From positions 480,001 through 544,000 of the forward strand of contig CBDCKW010000009.1 in NCBI GenBank assembly GCA_965218435.1: a stretch of DNA of 64,000 nucleotides, in the 5' to 3' direction. This DNA is from Truepera sp. (GTDB lineage Bacteria; Deinococcota; Deinococci; Deinococcales; Trueperaceae). Positions 49,290 to 59,496 of the stretch are shown here, in pieces. How positions within the stretch are numbered: position 1 is the first letter of the stretch; each line of letters begins with the position of its first letter. The translations under genes and the position numbers were made by a program. A model generated the notes under the pieces. The model made no database searches. It was not told the origin of the DNA and saw nothing but the letters and a program-made list of their open reading frames with translations.

Positions 49290-50454
49290 GGCCGAGGGCT
49301 CCCCTTAAGGCGAGACCGAGCGGGACGCCGAACTCCGGCGCAATACTTTCTAAGTACGCCGCTTCGTACCGCTCCCCCTGAATAACGCTCAGCCAGGGAT
49401 TGCCGAACTCGACTTTGAAGCCGAGCGCACGGCCTATCGCCTGATCTAAACCGCGCAGTTTCGAGCCGCCGCCGGAAAGGTACATCTGGTTGATACTCGC
49501 GTCCCCCGACTGCACGCGAAAAAACTCCAAGCTGCGGCGAATCTCGGTGGTGAGGTCGTTTAAGGTTGGGCGCAGCGCCTCGTGCACCCGCACCGGCGAA
49601 AAGCGTTCGTTCTGGGTGTTGGTTGACAGTGACGCTTCAGTTTCACTCGGCATAATGGCGCTGCTGTGACCGATTTTGACCTCTTCGGCGGTGTCAAAAT
49701 CTAAACCGAACGCGCGTTGTAAGGCGCTGGTAAAGTCGTCGCCGGCGACGCCTAAGTTGCGGTTCATGACCACGCGTTCACCGCGTACCAGCGTGACGGT
49801 GCTTGACGACGCCCCGACCTCTAAAATCGCGCCGATCTCGCCCTCTTCGGTGTATTTTTCGTCAAAGATGGTCGTGCGGTTAAACTTTTCGCCTTGCAGG
49901 GACGCTTTGAGCGAGCGCAGCAGGGCAAATGGTTTGATGTCGATAACGGTGGGCTCGAGCCCCGCTTTTTTCAGCCCTTCAGTGAGCTGCGTCACTATAT
50001 CGAGGCGGGCGGCGGCGATGACGACTTCAACATCGCTGCCGTCGGCCACGTCGCCGGGGTTGTCTAAAATATAGTGATCCATCGCTACTTCGTCGAGTGG
50101 AAAAGGAATATACCGCTCCGCCTCCCAGGGAACAGCCTTCTCGAGCTCTTTTAAGGGCATTTTGGGAATGTGGATGTTGCGGGTGATCGCCAGGCGGTTA
50201 CTGACCGCGGTCACGACAAAGCGGCGGCTGATTCCAGCGTCCTTAAAGAGCGCGTCGAGTTCTTTGGCGAGCCCTTCAGGGTCAACGATCTGGTCGTCTT
50301 GTACCAAACCGGGGGGCAGGGGGCGCAGCGCGAGTGCCTCGAGCTTCGGCGGGGTGCCCTGCAGCTCAACCACCTTGAGGCTACTCGTCCCGATCTCGAG
50401 CCCGACCGCGACGGTTCGTGGATTAAAAAGACGTGTAAATGAAGACCAGTTCAT
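49282..50454 (-). CDS. pilM: Type IV pilus assembly protein PilM
   Basis: GLEIGTSSLK, EAERYIPF, EIRRSLEFF, LSGGGSKL, LGLALRG. Confidence 0.95.
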   Translation of the reverse strand: MNWSSFTRLFNPRTVAVGLEIGTSSLKVVELQGTPPKLEALALRPLPPGLVQDDQIVDPEGLAKELDALFKDAGISRRFVVTAVSNRLAITRNIHIPKMPLKELEKAVPWEAERYIPFPLDEVAMDHYILDNPGDVADGSDVEVVIAAARLDIVTQLTEGLKKAGLEPTVIDIKPFALLRSLKASLQGEKFNRTTIFDEKYTEEGEIGAILEVGASSSTVTLVRGERVVMNRNLGVAGDDFTSALQRAFGLDFDTAEEVKIGHSSAIMPSETEASLSTNTQNERFSPVRVHEALRPTLNDLTTEIRRSLEFFRVQSGDASINQMYLSGGGSKLRGLDQAIGRALGFKVEFGNPWLSVIQGERYEAAYLESIAPEFGVPLGLALRGALGLD

Positions 50455-50831
50455 CGTGTTCCCTCCAGCACTACTGCTACGCTAACAGCTGCGCTCTGCC
50501 GGAGAGATAAAGATTTTCGCTTTTGGCTTTTGACGCCCACTGTAGCAGTCTTCACAAGTCAGGCCGGGTCACAGGGCACAAAAAAGCTGAAGTCAAGTCC
50601 TTCAGGGGGGCGCACGGTCTGAGCCGAACCGTTACCGCTACGCCGTAAAAGCGTTGAAGCACTACAAGCTTCACACTTTGGTCATAAAAACTGCGGTGGA
50701 GCCGACGAGCGAACTTTCTGCTTGCAAACCCTCTTTTTACGCGCCCCAGTTGCCACCGACACGTTCTATCCGTTTTATTAGAGCGTATAGTGACTATACC
50801 AACGCCCCCGGGCGTAGCTGCGGAGGTCGCA

Positions 50832-51767
50832 ATGCCAGAACAAATACCAGAGCAAACGATTGGAACACTGAGGGTTAAAACTGGGTTCGCCGAGATGTTT
50901 AAGGGCGGCGTCATTATGGACGTCGTAAACGCGGAACAGGCGCGGATTGCCGAAGACGCGGGCGCGACGGCGGTCATGGCCTTAGAGCGCGTTCCGGCAG
51001 ATATTCGCGCCCAAGGCGGCGTCGCCCGGATGTCCGACCCCGGCATGATCGAAGAGATTATCGGGACGGTGTCCATTCCGGTGATGGCGAAGGTGCGAAT
51101 CGGTCACTTTGTCGAAGCGCAAATCCTGCAGGCTCTGGGCGTTGACTTTATTGACGAATCTGAAGTCCTGACCCCCGCCGACGAAAACTTCCATGTGGAT
51201 AAGCACGCCTTTACCGTGCCGTTCGTCTGTGGTGCCAAAGATTTGGGCGAGGCGCTCCGGCGTATCGGCGAAGGTGCCACGATGATCCGCACCAAAGGTG
51301 AAGCCGGGACCGGCAACGTCGTCGAGGCGGTGCGGCACGCCCGCACGATTATGGGTGAAATCCGCCGGATTAAGTCCTTGCCCCGTGACGAGCTGATGAG
51401 CACTGCCAGGGACCTCCGCGCGCCTTACGAATTGGTCTTGTATATCCACGAACACGGCAAACTGCCGGTTGTCAACTTCGCAGCAGGCGGCGTCGCCACG
51501 CCCGCCGACGCCGCGCTGATGATGCAGCTCGGGATGGACGGCGTGTTCGTCGGCTCGGGTATCTTTAAGGCCGGGGCGACCCTGACGAGTGCTGAAGAGC
51601 GTAACCGCGCCCACGCGAGCCGCGCTAGAGCCATCGTCGAGGCGGTCACCCATTTCCAAGACCCTGACATCTTAGCCAAAGTGTCGCGTAACTTGGGTGA
51701 ACCGATGGTCGGCATCAACCTTGACACCTTAGCCGAGGGTGAGCTGATGGCGGCGCGGGGCTGGTAA
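50832..51767 (+). CDS. pdxS: Pyridoxal 5'-phosphate synthase lyase subunit
   Basis: [53 protein letters not shown] before ATG 50832. Confidence 0.97.
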   Translation: MPEQIPEQTIGTLRVKTGFAEMFKGGVIMDVVNAEQARIAEDAGATAVMALERVPADIRAQGGVARMSDPGMIEEIIGTVSIPVMAKVRIGHFVEAQILQALGVDFIDESEVLTPADENFHVDKHAFTVPFVCGAKDLGEALRRIGEGATMIRTKGEAGTGNVVEAVRHARTIMGEIRRIKSLPRDELMSTARDLRAPYELVLYIHEHGKLPVVNFAAGGVATPADAALMMQLGMDGVFVGSGIFKAGATLTSAEERNRAHASRARAIVEAVTHFQDPDILAKVSRNLGEPMVGINLDTLAEGELMAARGW

Positions 51768-51790
51768 TATACTGAAATTTGTTGAGCCAT

Positions 51791-51817
51791 AGGGCCGAGT
51801 TGCAACTCGGCCTTTGT
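51791..51817 (+). terminator. Rho-independent terminator after pdxS
   Basis: GGCCGAGTT-gc-AACTCGGCC-TTTGTT. Confidence 0.75.
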
Positions 51818-51994
51818 TGTACGGTTGTTGTACGACGACCCAAAATAGAGTTAAACGGCACACCCACGCAAACTGTGTGCAATTAGCAGGTACAAACGTC
51901 GTGGGCTGCCCCGCGCTGAACTGCTAAACTGATTTAACGGTCTACTCACGCTCTATAGCGGGATAGGTTTATAAAGTAGGTAGGGAGGCGTTCC

Positions 51995-52534
51995 ATGACG
52001 CGACGTTTGGCAAAACAGCCCATAAGAAAACAACCCTTAAAAAAACAGCTCCTAAGCAAACAACCTTTGAGAAAAGAACTAAGCTGGGTGCTACTTTGCA
52101 TCCTGTTAGGGTTTTGGAGCACCGGGTTTGCGCAAGACAATCCGGTTTCAGTACGGATCGAAGCGTATATCGTGTCGCAAGTAACCGCCGAAGACGGCAG
52201 CGTTACCGAACGTTTTAGCGAATCAACTACGGCGAGGCCGGGTCAAGTTGTCGAGTACCGAGTCTTTGCCACCAACAACGACGCGACGACCTTACCCGCA
52301 GAGTCGGTCAGTGTGCTTGGGCCGGTTCCGGACGGTTCAACCTACGTTGACGGTTCAGCAACGCCGACCTCGGAGCAGGTCCGCACCGAGTTTTCACTCG
52401 ACGGCAAAAATTTCAGCAAAACGCCTGAAACGACTGAAGGTGCGAGCGCCTACCGCGCGATTAAATGGACGCTGCTGGGGCAGCTCGAGCCCGGTCAAGA
52501 AGAGCGTTTTATCTACCGCGTAACCATCAACTAA
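51995..52534 (+). CDS. Secreted Ig-like protein (DUF11-like)
   Basis: Signal peptide ending GFA-Q; ARPGQVVEY..N, PVPDGSTYVDGSA, IKW..LEPG..YRV. Confidence 0.7.
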   Translation: MTRRLAKQPIRKQPLKKQLLSKQPLRKELSWVLLCILLGFWSTGFAQDNPVSVRIEAYIVSQVTAEDGSVTERFSESTTARPGQVVEYRVFATNNDATTLPAESVSVLGPVPDGSTYVDGSATPTSEQVRTEFSLDGKNFSKTPETTEGASAYRAIKWTLLGQLEPGQEERFIYRVTIN

Positions 52535-52566
52535 ACCGTCAATGAAGCAGACGAACTTCGCAAACT

Positions 52567-52588
52567 GAGCCGGGGAAACCCGGCTTTC
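52567..52588 (+). terminator. Rho-independent terminator
   Basis: AGCCGGG-GAAA-CCCGGCT-TTC. Confidence 0.65.
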
Positions 52589-52604
52589 GTGTTACGTTAG
52601 CCTC

Positions 52605-52820
52605 GTGAAACCTAAAGCGCCCTCGGCTCGAAAGGTTTACCGCACGTTGATGGGCATTCTGGCTGCGGTGCTCCTACTGCTCTTTTTAGCCTGCATCATT
52701 CAGGGTGTACTCACGCTCTGCTTGTACGAAGACCTGACCGGTATCGGGCTGATGGTCGTAGGGGTGGTGCTCTACTTCAGCGGCGAACTCGCGCTCGCCG
52801 AACGCGAGGCGTCACGCTGA
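52605..52820 (+). CDS. Small two-TM membrane protein
   Basis: 71 aa, basic N-terminus, two hydrophobic helices. Confidence 0.6.
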   Translation: MKPKAPSARKVYRTLMGILAAVLLLLFLACIIQGVLTLCLYEDLTGIGLMVVGVVLYFSGELALAEREASR

Positions 52821-52836
52821 GGGTTCACACTGGTCT

Positions 52837-53637
52837 CTAGCTGGACACCGCTTTAGGCGAGCGGACGCGCTGCGCGAGCTGCACCACCAAAAAAACCGCA
52901 GCCGCCGCCGCGCCTAAAACGAGTAGCGCCTCGTTGCCCCACTGCCGCACGGCAATTCCGAAAAAAGCCCAAACCAAAACGAGTGTGTAGGCGACGTCAC
53001 CGCGCCGCTGCAACATGGTGAGGCCGATAGCAGTTGCGGCGAGAACCACGACAAACGCCCAAAAAGGTGCGGCCCAGCCGCCGCGCACGCCGAGCGAGAG
53101 CAGGAGCACCGAAACGTTGGCAACCGTCGCCACGGTAATCCAGCCCAGATAGATACTAAATGGCAGCCGCACAGCCAACGCTTCCGCCCGGGTGACCTGA
53201 CTTTTACCGGTCTCTAAACGCTGATAAATAGCTACAAGCGTGCCTAAAAGCCCCAGCATCACGAGCATCGAAAGCGGAATCTGGAGAAAGTGCCACGCAA
53301 AAAGCCACGCGATGTTAAACGCACAGCTCACGATAAAGAGATAACCGAGTCGCCCTAGTCGCGGGTTATTGCGCTGTGCCGGTAACGCCTGATAGACGAC
53401 AAACACACCCAAAAGCAGATAGATCAGTCCCCAGATGGCAAAAACGTAACCAGCCGGGGTAAAGAGGCTCGGAAACGAGTCTGAAATCGCGCCGGTGGTG
53501 AGGCCGTTTAAGGGCAAGATGTTGGCGAGCGCGTTGACCAAAACAACCAAGACATACGCCACGATATTAAGGACAGGGAGCAGTCTCAAGCTGCGCTCAG
53601 GGGCTGACGACACGGTTACTGCGGGTGTAGCAGGCAT
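52837..53637 (-). CDS. TspO-like tryptophan-rich membrane protein
   Basis: FTPAGYVFAIWGLIY, NIAWLFAWH, PFSIYLGWITVATVAN. Confidence 0.8.
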   Translation of the reverse strand: MPATPAVTVSSAPERSLRLLPVLNIVAYVLVVLVNALANILPLNGLTTGAISDSFPSLFTPAGYVFAIWGLIYLLLGVFVVYQALPAQRNNPRLGRLGYLFIVSCAFNIAWLFAWHFLQIPLSMLVMLGLLGTLVAIYQRLETGKSQVTRAEALAVRLPFSIYLGWITVATVANVSVLLLSLGVRGGWAAPFWAFVVVLAATAIGLTMLQRRGDVAYTLVLVWAFFGIAVRQWGNEALLVLGAAAAAVFLVVQLAQRVRSPKAVSS

Positions 53638-53777
53638 AAACCCTCCTGTTGCGGCGCACGTGCGCCGCGTTTAACCCAGCATAGGGCGAACGTGCAAAAA
53701 AAACCACCGCAGGTCGCTGTAAATCGCCTCGAGTACGCTAAAAAGCTCCCCTCGGGAAGCTTGATAAAAGGCTCAGC

Positions 53778-56700
53778 CTAAATCTGACTTTTGCCCAACG
53801 CGGGTGAGCGGCCTGAAGGTAACGGGGTGCGTTCGTCTTCTTTAATGACGTCACTAACTCTGTCCGGCTGAGCTGCACCGGCCTGGTCGCGTTCGTAGCG
53901 TTTGTGTTCAAACTGATAAAATGCCGCCGGGACGACGTAAAAGGTCAGGAGCGCCGAGGTCAAGACGCCGCCTAAAATGACTAAGCCGAGCGGATACCGA
54001 AACTCGCTGCCTTCGCCGAGACCTAGGAGCAGCGGCAAGCTGATCACCACGACCGTCGAGGTCGTCATCAAGATGGGGCGAAAACGCACGGTAGCCGCCT
54101 CGAGTAGCGCCTCACGCAGCGGTACCCCGCGTTTAGTCTCCGAAAGTGCAACGTCGAGGAGCAAGATCGCGTTTTTGGTCACCAGACCGATCAGCATCAC
54201 CACGCCCAAAATGCTGATGATGTCGAGCGAGGTGCCCGTAAAGTAAAAGAGCCAGACCGCCCCGACGAGGGCGAGCGGCACCGTCAGGAGGATATAAAGC
54301 GGGTACTTAAACGAGTTAAACTGACTGCCGATAGCGAGGTAGTTGAGCAGCAACGCCAGACCGAAGGCAATTGGCGCGTAATAGAGCAGGTCGCCTAAAA
54401 GGTCGAAGTTCGACCCTTGAATCTGGGAGACGCGGTTATCTAACACGCCTGCTCTCTGTAACCGCGTTTTGGCGGTCGCCGTCACCTGCGAGAGGTTGCT
54501 CCCCGGCGTCAGCTCGGCGCTCAGGGTCGCGCTGTACGCTTGGTCGGAGCGGTTGATGGTCGCGGGCGCAGACCCCGACTTAAAGCTGCCGAGAGCGGAC
54601 AGCGGCAGGCTGCTCTGCAACGCCGGAGCCTGAATCGGTAAGCTTAAGAGGCTCTGTTCGTCACGGATTAAAAGTGGATCGGCGCGAACCCGAATCGGGG
54701 TTTCGTCGCCGCCTTGCCGCAACCGGCCCGCCTCACTGCCAACGTTATACGCCGAAAGCGTATTAAAGATGTCGCTGTTCGTCAAACCGGTGCCGTCGAG
54801 CTGCGCGGGGTTGACGACGAAGACGCGTTCGTCGGTGGTGCTCGACAAGTCCGAAGTCACATTACGCAGCCCCGGCACCTTTTCCAGCACGGTTTGCGCT
54901 TTTTCGCTCCGCTTACGGAGCAGATTCAGGTCGGTTGAACCGAGTGACAGGGTGTAACCGGTGCCTCCGGGTGGCCCGCCGGAGCCCTCGTTGCTGAGGT
55001 TGAGTTCAGCTTCGGGGAAGGGCTTAAGGACTTTGTTGAGTTCTTTCTCGAGCGCCACAATCGATTCTGTCGTGTCGAGGGTGCGCTCATCTTTGGGAAC
55101 GAGTTGGACGCTTAGGTCAGCCCGTTCGGACGAGGAGCCGCCCAACACGTCCCCTGCACCCACCGTGACCTGCACGGTATCAACTTCAGGGTCGTTTAAG
55201 AGCCGGTTTTCCAACCTGCCCGCAACGCGGTTCGTCTGGTTGAGGCTGGTGCCAGGGGGAAGCTCGAGCGTCCCGCCAATTAGACCCGAGTCGTCCGGGG
55301 GCTGAAAGTTAAAGCCGATCTTGGGAAAAACCCAAAAGAGGCTGCCGAAAAGTGCAACTGAAATCCCCAGCACCAGCCATGCATGTGACAACACAAACCG
55401 CAGCGAACGGACGTAGCCGCGTCTGGCCCCGCCCACCAAAAAGTTGCCGGTGCGGTAGAGCCCTAAGGCCAACACGCCGAGCACGTAGAGTACGAGCCGG
55501 ACAAGGTAACGGAGTAAAAAGAGCGCGACCGGTACAGCTAACAGCCACAGCAGCATGAGGGGTTGCTGCGGTGCGAGGCGGAGGTATATGGCCGCGCCCA
55601 CCCCGACGATCACGACCCAAAACCACACCCGGCGGAGGTTACGAACGCCCCAACGTGCGTCGATGCCGAACTTACGCGCTGCGCCGCCGAGTTCGCGGGG
55701 ACCGGGGGGGAGTGGGTCGGGGGAGAGGGCCAAACGGACGGTTAAAAAGAACATCGCCTCGAGGTACGAGAAAGCGACGGCGGCGGCCATCGTCACACCG
55801 AACTGCTGAAAAAACTGGCCGATCACACCCGGCAACAGTGAAATCGGGATAAAGACCGCGAGCAGTGAGAGCGTCGCGGCGAGTACGGCAGTGCTGACCT
55901 CACCCGCGCCTTTAATCACCGAATCGCGCCGGGACATCCCCTCTTCGCGGTAGCGGTCAATATTTTCGGCGACGACAATCGCGTCGTCAACGACCAGACC
56001 GATAGCTACGGTGATCGCCAAGAGCGTGATGATGTTAAAGGTAAAACCGAAAAAATTGATGATAATGAGTGCGCCTGCGATCGAAACCGGAATCGCCAGC
56101 ACCACGGCGAGCACCGACCCTAACCGCCCGGTAAAGAGCAAAACGATCAGCGATACGGCAAAGGCCGCCAACACCGTTTCGGTCAGCGTGTCGTTGACGC
56201 TCGAGGCCACAAACACCGACGAGTCCCCGACGATTTCAGTACGGTAGCCTTTGGGTAGTTTGAAGTCAGCCAGCGTTTTGCGCAGGTTGCTCGCCGCAGC
56301 AACCGAGTTTTCCCCTGAAAGCTTGCGCACGTCTAAGAGCACCACCGGTTCGCCGTTAAGCCGCGCGTAGGTGGTCTGATCTTCAGACGCGTCGCGCACT
56401 GTAGCGACGTCCCCAACCCGGACGCCCCTGGCCGAATCAACCCGAATCTGCTCGATGTTGCGGAGGTTTGAGGGCGTCGCCCGCCCCGCTAACAGCAGCC
56501 GGTTGTCCGAAACCGTCAGGCTCCCGGCGGATTTGTCTACTGCCGACGCACCGATCGCGCCGGTCACGGCTTGCGGCGTCAGGCCATATGAGTTGAGCTG
56601 CGCCGGATCGAGCAAGACCTGAATTTCACGCGCCGAGGGGCCGACCACCGACACGTCAGCTACGCCGTCAACGCGGCGTAGGACGGGTTGCAATTCGTCT

Positions 56701-57176
56701 TCGGCAAACTTTTGGATGGTACTCAGGCCGACCCCCGGCGCAGCGACGGCGACGCTCAAGATAGGCTGGTCGGACGGGTCGAACTTCTGCACGTTCGGCG
56801 TGTCGGCACCGTCGGGCAAAAGTGACGCGACGGCGTTGACGCGTCCACTTACGTCAATGGCCGCTTCATTGACGTCAACATCTGCGTCAAACTGAGCGAT
56901 GACGAAACTAAAGCCTTCGTTCGAGACCGAGGTGACCGAGCTGATCCCCGGCAGTGTAGCGAGTTGTCCCTCTAAAGGTTCAGACACGCTGCGCGCGACT
57001 TCCTCTGGCCCTGCGCCCTGATACTGCGTGGTCACGGCGACGACTGGAATTTCAATCTCAGGTAAGAGGTCAATCCCAACGTTGAGTGCGCTGATCACGC
57101 CAAACAGCACGAGTGCGCCGAAAACGCTAAAGGTCAAGACATAATTGTCAACAAAAAACTGAATCAGCCTCTTCAT
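53778..57176 (-). CDS. RND efflux transporter, AcrB/HAE1-like
   Basis: GLVVDDAIVVAENI, GLVTKNAILL, RFRPILMT. Confidence 0.95.
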   Translation of the reverse strand: MKRLIQFFVDNYVLTFSVFGALVLFGVISALNVGIDLLPEIEIPVVAVTTQYQGAGPEEVARSVSEPLEGQLATLPGISSVTSVSNEGFSFVIAQFDADVDVNEAAIDVSGRVNAVASLLPDGADTPNVQKFDPSDQPILSVAVAAPGVGLSTIQKFAEDELQPVLRRVDGVADVSVVGPSAREIQVLLDPAQLNSYGLTPQAVTGAIGASAVDKSAGSLTVSDNRLLLAGRATPSNLRNIEQIRVDSARGVRVGDVATVRDASEDQTTYARLNGEPVVLLDVRKLSGENSVAAASNLRKTLADFKLPKGYRTEIVGDSSVFVASSVNDTLTETVLAAFAVSLIVLLFTGRLGSVLAVVLAIPVSIAGALIIINFFGFTFNIITLLAITVAIGLVVDDAIVVAENIDRYREEGMSRRDSVIKGAGEVSTAVLAATLSLLAVFIPISLLPGVIGQFFQQFGVTMAAAVAFSYLEAMFFLTVRLALSPDPLPPGPRELGGAARKFGIDARWGVRNLRRVWFWVVIVGVGAAIYLRLAPQQPLMLLWLLAVPVALFLLRYLVRLVLYVLGVLALGLYRTGNFLVGGARRGYVRSLRFVLSHAWLVLGISVALFGSLFWVFPKIGFNFQPPDDSGLIGGTLELPPGTSLNQTNRVAGRLENRLLNDPEVDTVQVTVGAGDVLGGSSSERADLSVQLVPKDERTLDTTESIVALEKELNKVLKPFPEAELNLSNEGSGGPPGGTGYTLSLGSTDLNLLRKRSEKAQTVLEKVPGLRNVTSDLSSTTDERVFVVNPAQLDGTGLTNSDIFNTLSAYNVGSEAGRLRQGGDETPIRVRADPLLIRDEQSLLSLPIQAPALQSSLPLSALGSFKSGSAPATINRSDQAYSATLSAELTPGSNLSQVTATAKTRLQRAGVLDNRVSQIQGSNFDLLGDLLYYAPIAFGLALLLNYLAIGSQFNSFKYPLYILLTVPLALVGAVWLFYFTGTSLDIISILGVVMLIGLVTKNAILLLDVALSETKRGVPLREALLEAATVRFRPILMTTSTVVVISLPLLLGLGEGSEFRYPLGLVILGGVLTSALLTFYVVPAAFYQFEHKRYERDQAGAAQPDRVSDVIKEDERTPLPSGRSPALGKSQI

Positions 57177-58441
57177 ACGCCGCCTCCTAAAGTCGTAGCA
57201 TTTGTCTGGCCCTCACCCAAAACCTCGACCGGGGTACCGGGATTGAGGTCGGCGGGCAGGGGGTAGATCACGCGTGCGCCTTCACTAAGCCCGGACACCG
57301 CGACCTGTGCGCCGCCTTCGCTGAGCAGGTTGACGCGTACCTCTCTGGCGCGGCCCCCCTGCGCGACCAACACGCTGACTTGGCCGCCGTTTTGCCGAAG
57401 TGCGCCGCTTGGAATCAAGATGCCTTTGGCTAACACGAGCTGATAGTCAAACTGCGTGACCGTCCCGTTGGGAATCGGCGTGTCGGACGGATAGATGTTG
57501 GCCTGAACCTCGACCAACCGGCCGCCTTGCGTCTGCGAGGTCTGCGTGACCTGCGCAGCGTAGTCGAGACCGTTATACGGCAGCCAGATACGGCCCTGCT
57601 GAAGTAGCCGCTGCGCGTCTTCGGGAGCAACACTGAAACTGGCAAGCTGCCGGTCGGTGCTGACCAGACGAAACGCAGGGCTGCCTGCACCGATAAACTC
57701 GCCCTCTTCAACCAACACCTCAGCGACCTCACCCGCGTAAGGGGCGGTCAGTTTGGCGTCGGCAAGGCTTTGTTGCGCCTGCGCGACCTGCGTTTGGGCT
57801 TGCTGCACCTGCAAACGCAACAGTTCCAAATCTTCTTCCGGTGCACGTTGGCTCTGGTCGGCAGCGGCTTGAGCTTGTAAAAGTGTCGTCTGCGCCTGCT
57901 CGAGCCCCACCTTGAGCTGGTCAAAGTCATTCTGTGAAATCCCGCCTGCTGCTAAGAGCGACTGACCCTCGGTAAACCGCTGTTTAGCAATGGTTAAACT
58001 CGTCTGCGCAGCCTGAAGCCCCGCGTCACTCTGTGCGGTGTTAAGGCCGCTCGAGCGTTCGGCACTTTGCAGGTTGACCCGGGCGGTTTGGAGTGACAGC
58101 TGCGCGTTGTCGAGCCCGAGCTGAAGCGCGTCGTCGTCGAGTTGAATCACGACCTGACCGGCTTTAACCTGTGCGCCGCTCCGGGCGAGAATCTGTTTAA
58201 CCTGGCCGGTCGTCCCGGCGGACACCTGACTCTCTTGGAGCGGCTCAATCGTCGCCGAGGCGCTCCGGGTCACGCTCAGCGTCCCGGTTTTGGCCCGAAT
58301 TACCCGGACACTGCGGCTCAGTTGGGACTGGCTTTGGGTTTGAGTCTGGCTCGAGCCAGTGGTACTGTCCTGGGCTTTGACCGCACACGCGGCGAGCGGG
58401 AGCAGGGCGAGGAGGATAGGTAGGGCAGTGCGGGCGTTCAT
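57173..58441 (-). CDS. RND periplasmic adaptor (membrane fusion lipoprotein)
   Basis: LAAC lipobox, lipoyl halves (GQVKQI..G.QVKAGQ; LTAPYAGEV), long helical hairpin. Confidence 0.92.
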   Translation of the reverse strand: MNARTALPILLALLPLAACAVKAQDSTTGSSQTQTQSQSQLSRSVRVIRAKTGTLSVTRSASATIEPLQESQVSAGTTGQVKQILARSGAQVKAGQVVIQLDDDALQLGLDNAQLSLQTARVNLQSAERSSGLNTAQSDAGLQAAQTSLTIAKQRFTEGQSLLAAGGISQNDFDQLKVGLEQAQTTLLQAQAAADQSQRAPEEDLELLRLQVQQAQTQVAQAQQSLADAKLTAPYAGEVAEVLVEEGEFIGAGSPAFRLVSTDRQLASFSVAPEDAQRLLQQGRIWLPYNGLDYAAQVTQTSQTQGGRLVEVQANIYPSDTPIPNGTVTQFDYQLVLAKGILIPSGALRQNGGQVSVLVAQGGRAREVRVNLLSEGGAQVAVSGLSEGARVIYPLPADLNPGTPVEVLGEGQTNATTLGGGV

Positions 58442-59496
58442 GTGGGTCTCCCGGCGGCTGTGGCTAGGTCGGTGCTGCTAAACGGACTCCCGAGTGGCAC
58501 GAGGCTGCCGGTTTGCAGCGCGAGCAGCGCGTTTAAGTAGTCGCTCCGGGCGCTCTCTGCCGCGAGTTCAGCTTGCAAAGTCGTAAGCTGCGCCTGGTCA
58601 AACTCAATCTGGGAGATGAGCCCGCCGCTCAGCCGCTGCTGCTGGGTGCGCAGCCTTACCTGGGCATTTTGCAACGCGCTGAGGTTTAGCCGTAAGGTCG
58701 CGCGGGCGTTTTGGGCCTGGGTGTAGAGGTTACGCACCTGCAACCGAAAGCTCCGCTGCGCGTCCGCTAAGGCGCTCTCCGCGCTCGCCCGCTGGCTCCG
58801 GGCGGTGTCGATCTGGGCTTGGGCCGCGTACAGCGGGTCTAAGACGTCGGTCCCTAGTTGGGCGAGGGCGGCTTGCTGTTTGACGCTGAGTAGGTCGGGA
58901 TGGCGTTCGGCACTCCTAAGGGCGGCGTCTAAGGGCGGCAGCTCGGGCAACACCCCCTCGGGAACCGCCTCGAGGTCACCGGCGGCAACCTCTTCACCTG
59001 AAACGCTCGTAAAGTTGTTGAGCGCCAGTGCTTGCGCGTCCATGGCGGCGCGAAGGCCGTTTTGCGCCTGGTCGAGTGACGCCTGCGCGTCGTCCAGGTC
59101 GAGCCGGGTGGCGCTGCCGTTCTCGAGGCGTATCTTGGCGACCCTCAGCGAACGGCGGCTCACGTCTAAACTCTTCTGAGCCAGCTCAACCTGGGCGTTC
59201 GCGCCCAGCACGCCTGTATAGGCGCTTGTGAGGTCCCCGGCGGCGGTGTAACGGGTGCGCTCGAGGCTCGCTTGGGCGAGCGCCAACCGCTGCTCGGCCT
59301 GCAAGGTGTCGGCGCGTACGGCGAGTGGGTCTCGCTTTACCCGGTCCAAGTTTGCTTGTGCGTCTTTAAGTTCAGTCTGCGCGGTGACGACGCCGCTACG
59401 CGTCGAGGTGCGTGCTAGCGTTTGCGTCAAGGTGAGCGCGTAGGCGTTGGCGGCTAAGAGCGTCAGCAGCGTGAGGATAAATAAACGGCGTCTCAT
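58438..59496 (-). CDS. TolC-family outer-membrane efflux protein
   Basis: Signal peptide, RLENGSATRLDL, HPDL, GGLISQIEF. Confidence 0.82.
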   Translation of the reverse strand: MRRRLFILTLLTLLAANAYALTLTQTLARTSTRSGVVTAQTELKDAQANLDRVKRDPLAVRADTLQAEQRLALAQASLERTRYTAAGDLTSAYTGVLGANAQVELAQKSLDVSRRSLRVAKIRLENGSATRLDLDDAQASLDQAQNGLRAAMDAQALALNNFTSVSGEEVAAGDLEAVPEGVLPELPPLDAALRSAERHPDLLSVKQQAALAQLGTDVLDPLYAAQAQIDTARSQRASAESALADAQRSFRLQVRNLYTQAQNARATLRLNLSALQNAQVRLRTQQQRLSGGLISQIEFDQAQLTTLQAELAAESARSDYLNALLALQTGSLVPLGSPFSSTDLATAAGRPT

